The position numbers and the translations under genes were made by a program. From an uncultured Planctomycetaceae bacterium (GTDB lineage Bacteria; Planctomycetota; Planctomycetia; Isosphaerales; Isosphaeraceae), in NCBI GenBank assembly GCA_963833985.1, contig CAWIAD010000002.1, forward strand, positions 3,040,001-3,104,000: a stretch of DNA of 64,000 nucleotides, read 5' to 3'. Of this stretch, positions 61,881 through 64,000 are shown piece by piece (positions within the stretch are counted from its first letter, which is position 1; every line of letters begins with the position of its first letter). The notes under the pieces are model-generated. The model saw only the letters and a list, made by a program, of their open reading frames with translations. It ran no database searches and had not been told where the DNA came from.

Positions 61881-64000
61881 CGAGGCAGGAGTTGTGGTCC
61901 AGTTTGATGCGGGTGATCCAGGAACCCCTCCGTGATGATCTGATCCGAACGCCACTTGAAGTGCACGGCCCCGCGCTGCCAGGTCCGCAGGAGTGGAATC
62001 CCGCTTCGCTCAAGGGGCATGAGGGCGTCGCTCGTCCCGGGGGCGGGCATCCTCTGGCTAACCACAACGGCTCGGGGTTTGGCCCAGGAGTAGAGCCAGG
62101 GAGGATTGGCGGACCGTCCGCCATGGTGGGGGGAGAGCATCAGGTCGATGGGCTCGGGCTGAGCCTGGGCGACCAGCTCGACGAGGCCGAGCTGGTCCAG
62201 GTCGCCGGTGAGCAGGAGGTGGTGGCCAAGGTGCTCGACGTCGAGGACCAGGCTGCGGGCGTTGTCGGGCGTTTCCGGGTGCCAGCCCCGAGGCGGATGG
62301 AGCACCGTGAAATGAACGGTGGCCTGGGTCCACTGCCGCGGCGCGGCAATGGTGCGGATCGGAATGCGCCGGGCCCGGAACTGATCCAGCAGCAAGGTCA
62401 CGCCTGGGTTTTCCTCGGTCTCGGTCACGAAGCCAGCCGGGAGGACCAGCTCGCCGACCTGGAAGCGGTCCAGCAGGTCGGGAATCCCGTTGTAGTGGTC
62501 CTGGTCGGCGTGGCTGAGGTAGATGGCGTCGATCCGAGCGATCCCGCGTGACCAGAGCGCCGGGGCGATGATCCGCCGCCCCACGCGCGGGTCGCCCATG
62601 CGCCCGCAGTCATAGAGCAGGGTCCGGCCGTCGGGCAGATGCAGCACGACCGCCAGACCGTGACCGATGGCCAGCAGATCGCCTTCGAGCGTTCCGCCCG
62701 TTCGAGCCGGTGAACCGAGCAGCCAACCGGGAAACGTGCAGGCCGGCACGGCCAGCCAGAGGAGGAACCGCCAGAATCGCCAGCGCGGAATGAGGCCCTC
62801 CAGTGCGCACGCGGCGCTGGCGACCGTCGCCAGCAGGAGCAGCAGGTAGAAGACCGCGACGGTGACCCAGGTCGGGCCGGGCACGAAGACGTATCCCCAC
62901 GGCTGGGAGGCACCCCAGCGGACGATCTGCTCCGAGAGCCGCAGCAGCAGATCGGCGGCATGCACCGGCACGCTGGCCAGCGGGCTCCAGATCGCGCCCA
63001 CGACCATGCCCCCGGCCCCCAGCAGCAGGGCCAGCGAGGTGAACGGGATGAGCGGGATGTTCAGCAGGACGCCGATCGGTGAGACGAGATGGAACCGCAG
63101 CGCGACCAGCGGCAACGCGGCCAGCCAGACGACCGCGGAGGTGAGAAGGCCCCTGCCCAGCCAGGACAGGGCCCAGTCCAGACGCCTTCGCCAGCGCGGC
63201 TGATACGTACGCTTGAGCGCTTCGATGGCGTCAGACGGACGTTTGAGCATGGTCTTGACCGTGGAGACGATCTCCCCGAGCAATCCCCGGGCCATGGGGA
63301 CCAGCCAGAAGAGCGCGGCGATGGCCAGGAAGGAAAGCTGGCAGCCAACGTCGAACAGGAAGAACGGGTCCCATGCCAGGGTGAGCAGGGCGGCCAGTGC
63401 CAGGGTGTTGGCCGGCGCGAGGACCGTTCGACAATCGCGGCCAGGCAGAAGGTGAAAGTCATGACGGCGGAACGCACCACCGAGGGAGCCAGGCCAACCA
63501 GGAGGGCGTAGCCCACGGTGCCGGCAGCCACGCCGCCGTAAACCAGCCGGCGCGGCAGGCCCAGCAGGCGCAAAAGCAGGCCGAGTGCGACGGCCAGGAT
63601 CTGGATTTGAAGGCCCGAAATCGCCAGCAGGTGGGTGGTGCCGGTGCGGGCGAAGGCGTCGTTGGTCTCCGGATCGATGTCCTCGCGCTGGCCGAGGATC
63701 AGGGCTGAGGCCAGAGGCGCGGTACGTTCGTCGAGCGGAGCGACGAGACGGTCGCGGCAGGCGGCCCGCAGGTCACCCAGCCAGCGGTGCAGGGGCCACG
63801 CCTGGCCGTCGGGATTGACCGCAATTCCCGAGCCCTGGTCGACCGTGATGCGCAGGCGAATCCCCCGCGCCCGCAGGTACGCGCGGTAATCAAACTCGCC
63901 GGGGTTGAGCGGTCCGGCGACCCTGGAGAGCTGACCGGCCAGCTCGACGGGCTGGCCCGCGTGCAGGTCGCTCCGGTCGGCCGCGACGGTCACAAGAACG
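61871..64000 (-). CDS. comEC: ComEC/Rec2 competence protein (5' part outside window; frameshift near 63418)
   Basis: LNPGEFDY, GTTHLLAISGLQ, PSVVRSAVM, QLSFLA; MBL domain SHADQDHYNG, LLTGD, PHHGG. Confidence 0.9.

Overview
GC-rich bacterial DNA, most likely from a planctomycete of the Isosphaeraceae type. This is inferred from LEPR-XLL-like exported proteins, FGE-sulfatase/Gfo/DUF1080/ThuA genes and 'RFTVRRxM' N-termini. The backbone holds a Wza-like export protein, a PTP phosphatase, a sulfotransferase-like protein, PIG-L, apbE with an FGE-domain/Gfo/ThuA cluster, GH43, SGNH, prolyl oligopeptidase, acyl-CoA genes, lgt, arfB, pstSCAB, rarA, an RND pump and comEC. Three accessory patches interrupt it. 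(i) 1-2.3 kb: a Phd/RelE TA pair, a dead Y1 transposase and repeats. (ii) 27.2-29.3 kb: an orphan integron cassette with attC plus TA-like pairs. (iii) 54.8-61.9 kb: HigBA, a secreted EF-hand calpain, a DUF433/PIN pair, an intact RAYT-type HUH transposase and an HNH protein. The most striking structure is the RAYT gene. It is bracketed by inverted arrays of about 22 and 11 units, each with one fixed end and one variably truncated end. A third array of the same core overlaps the comEC stop codon. A ~100-bp dispersed element with fixed 90-bp motif geometry occurs three times. At least seven genes carry apparent single-base frameshifts, which suggests long-read consensus errors, so repeat structures need read-level confirmation. 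No rRNA, tRNA or CRISPR was recognised.
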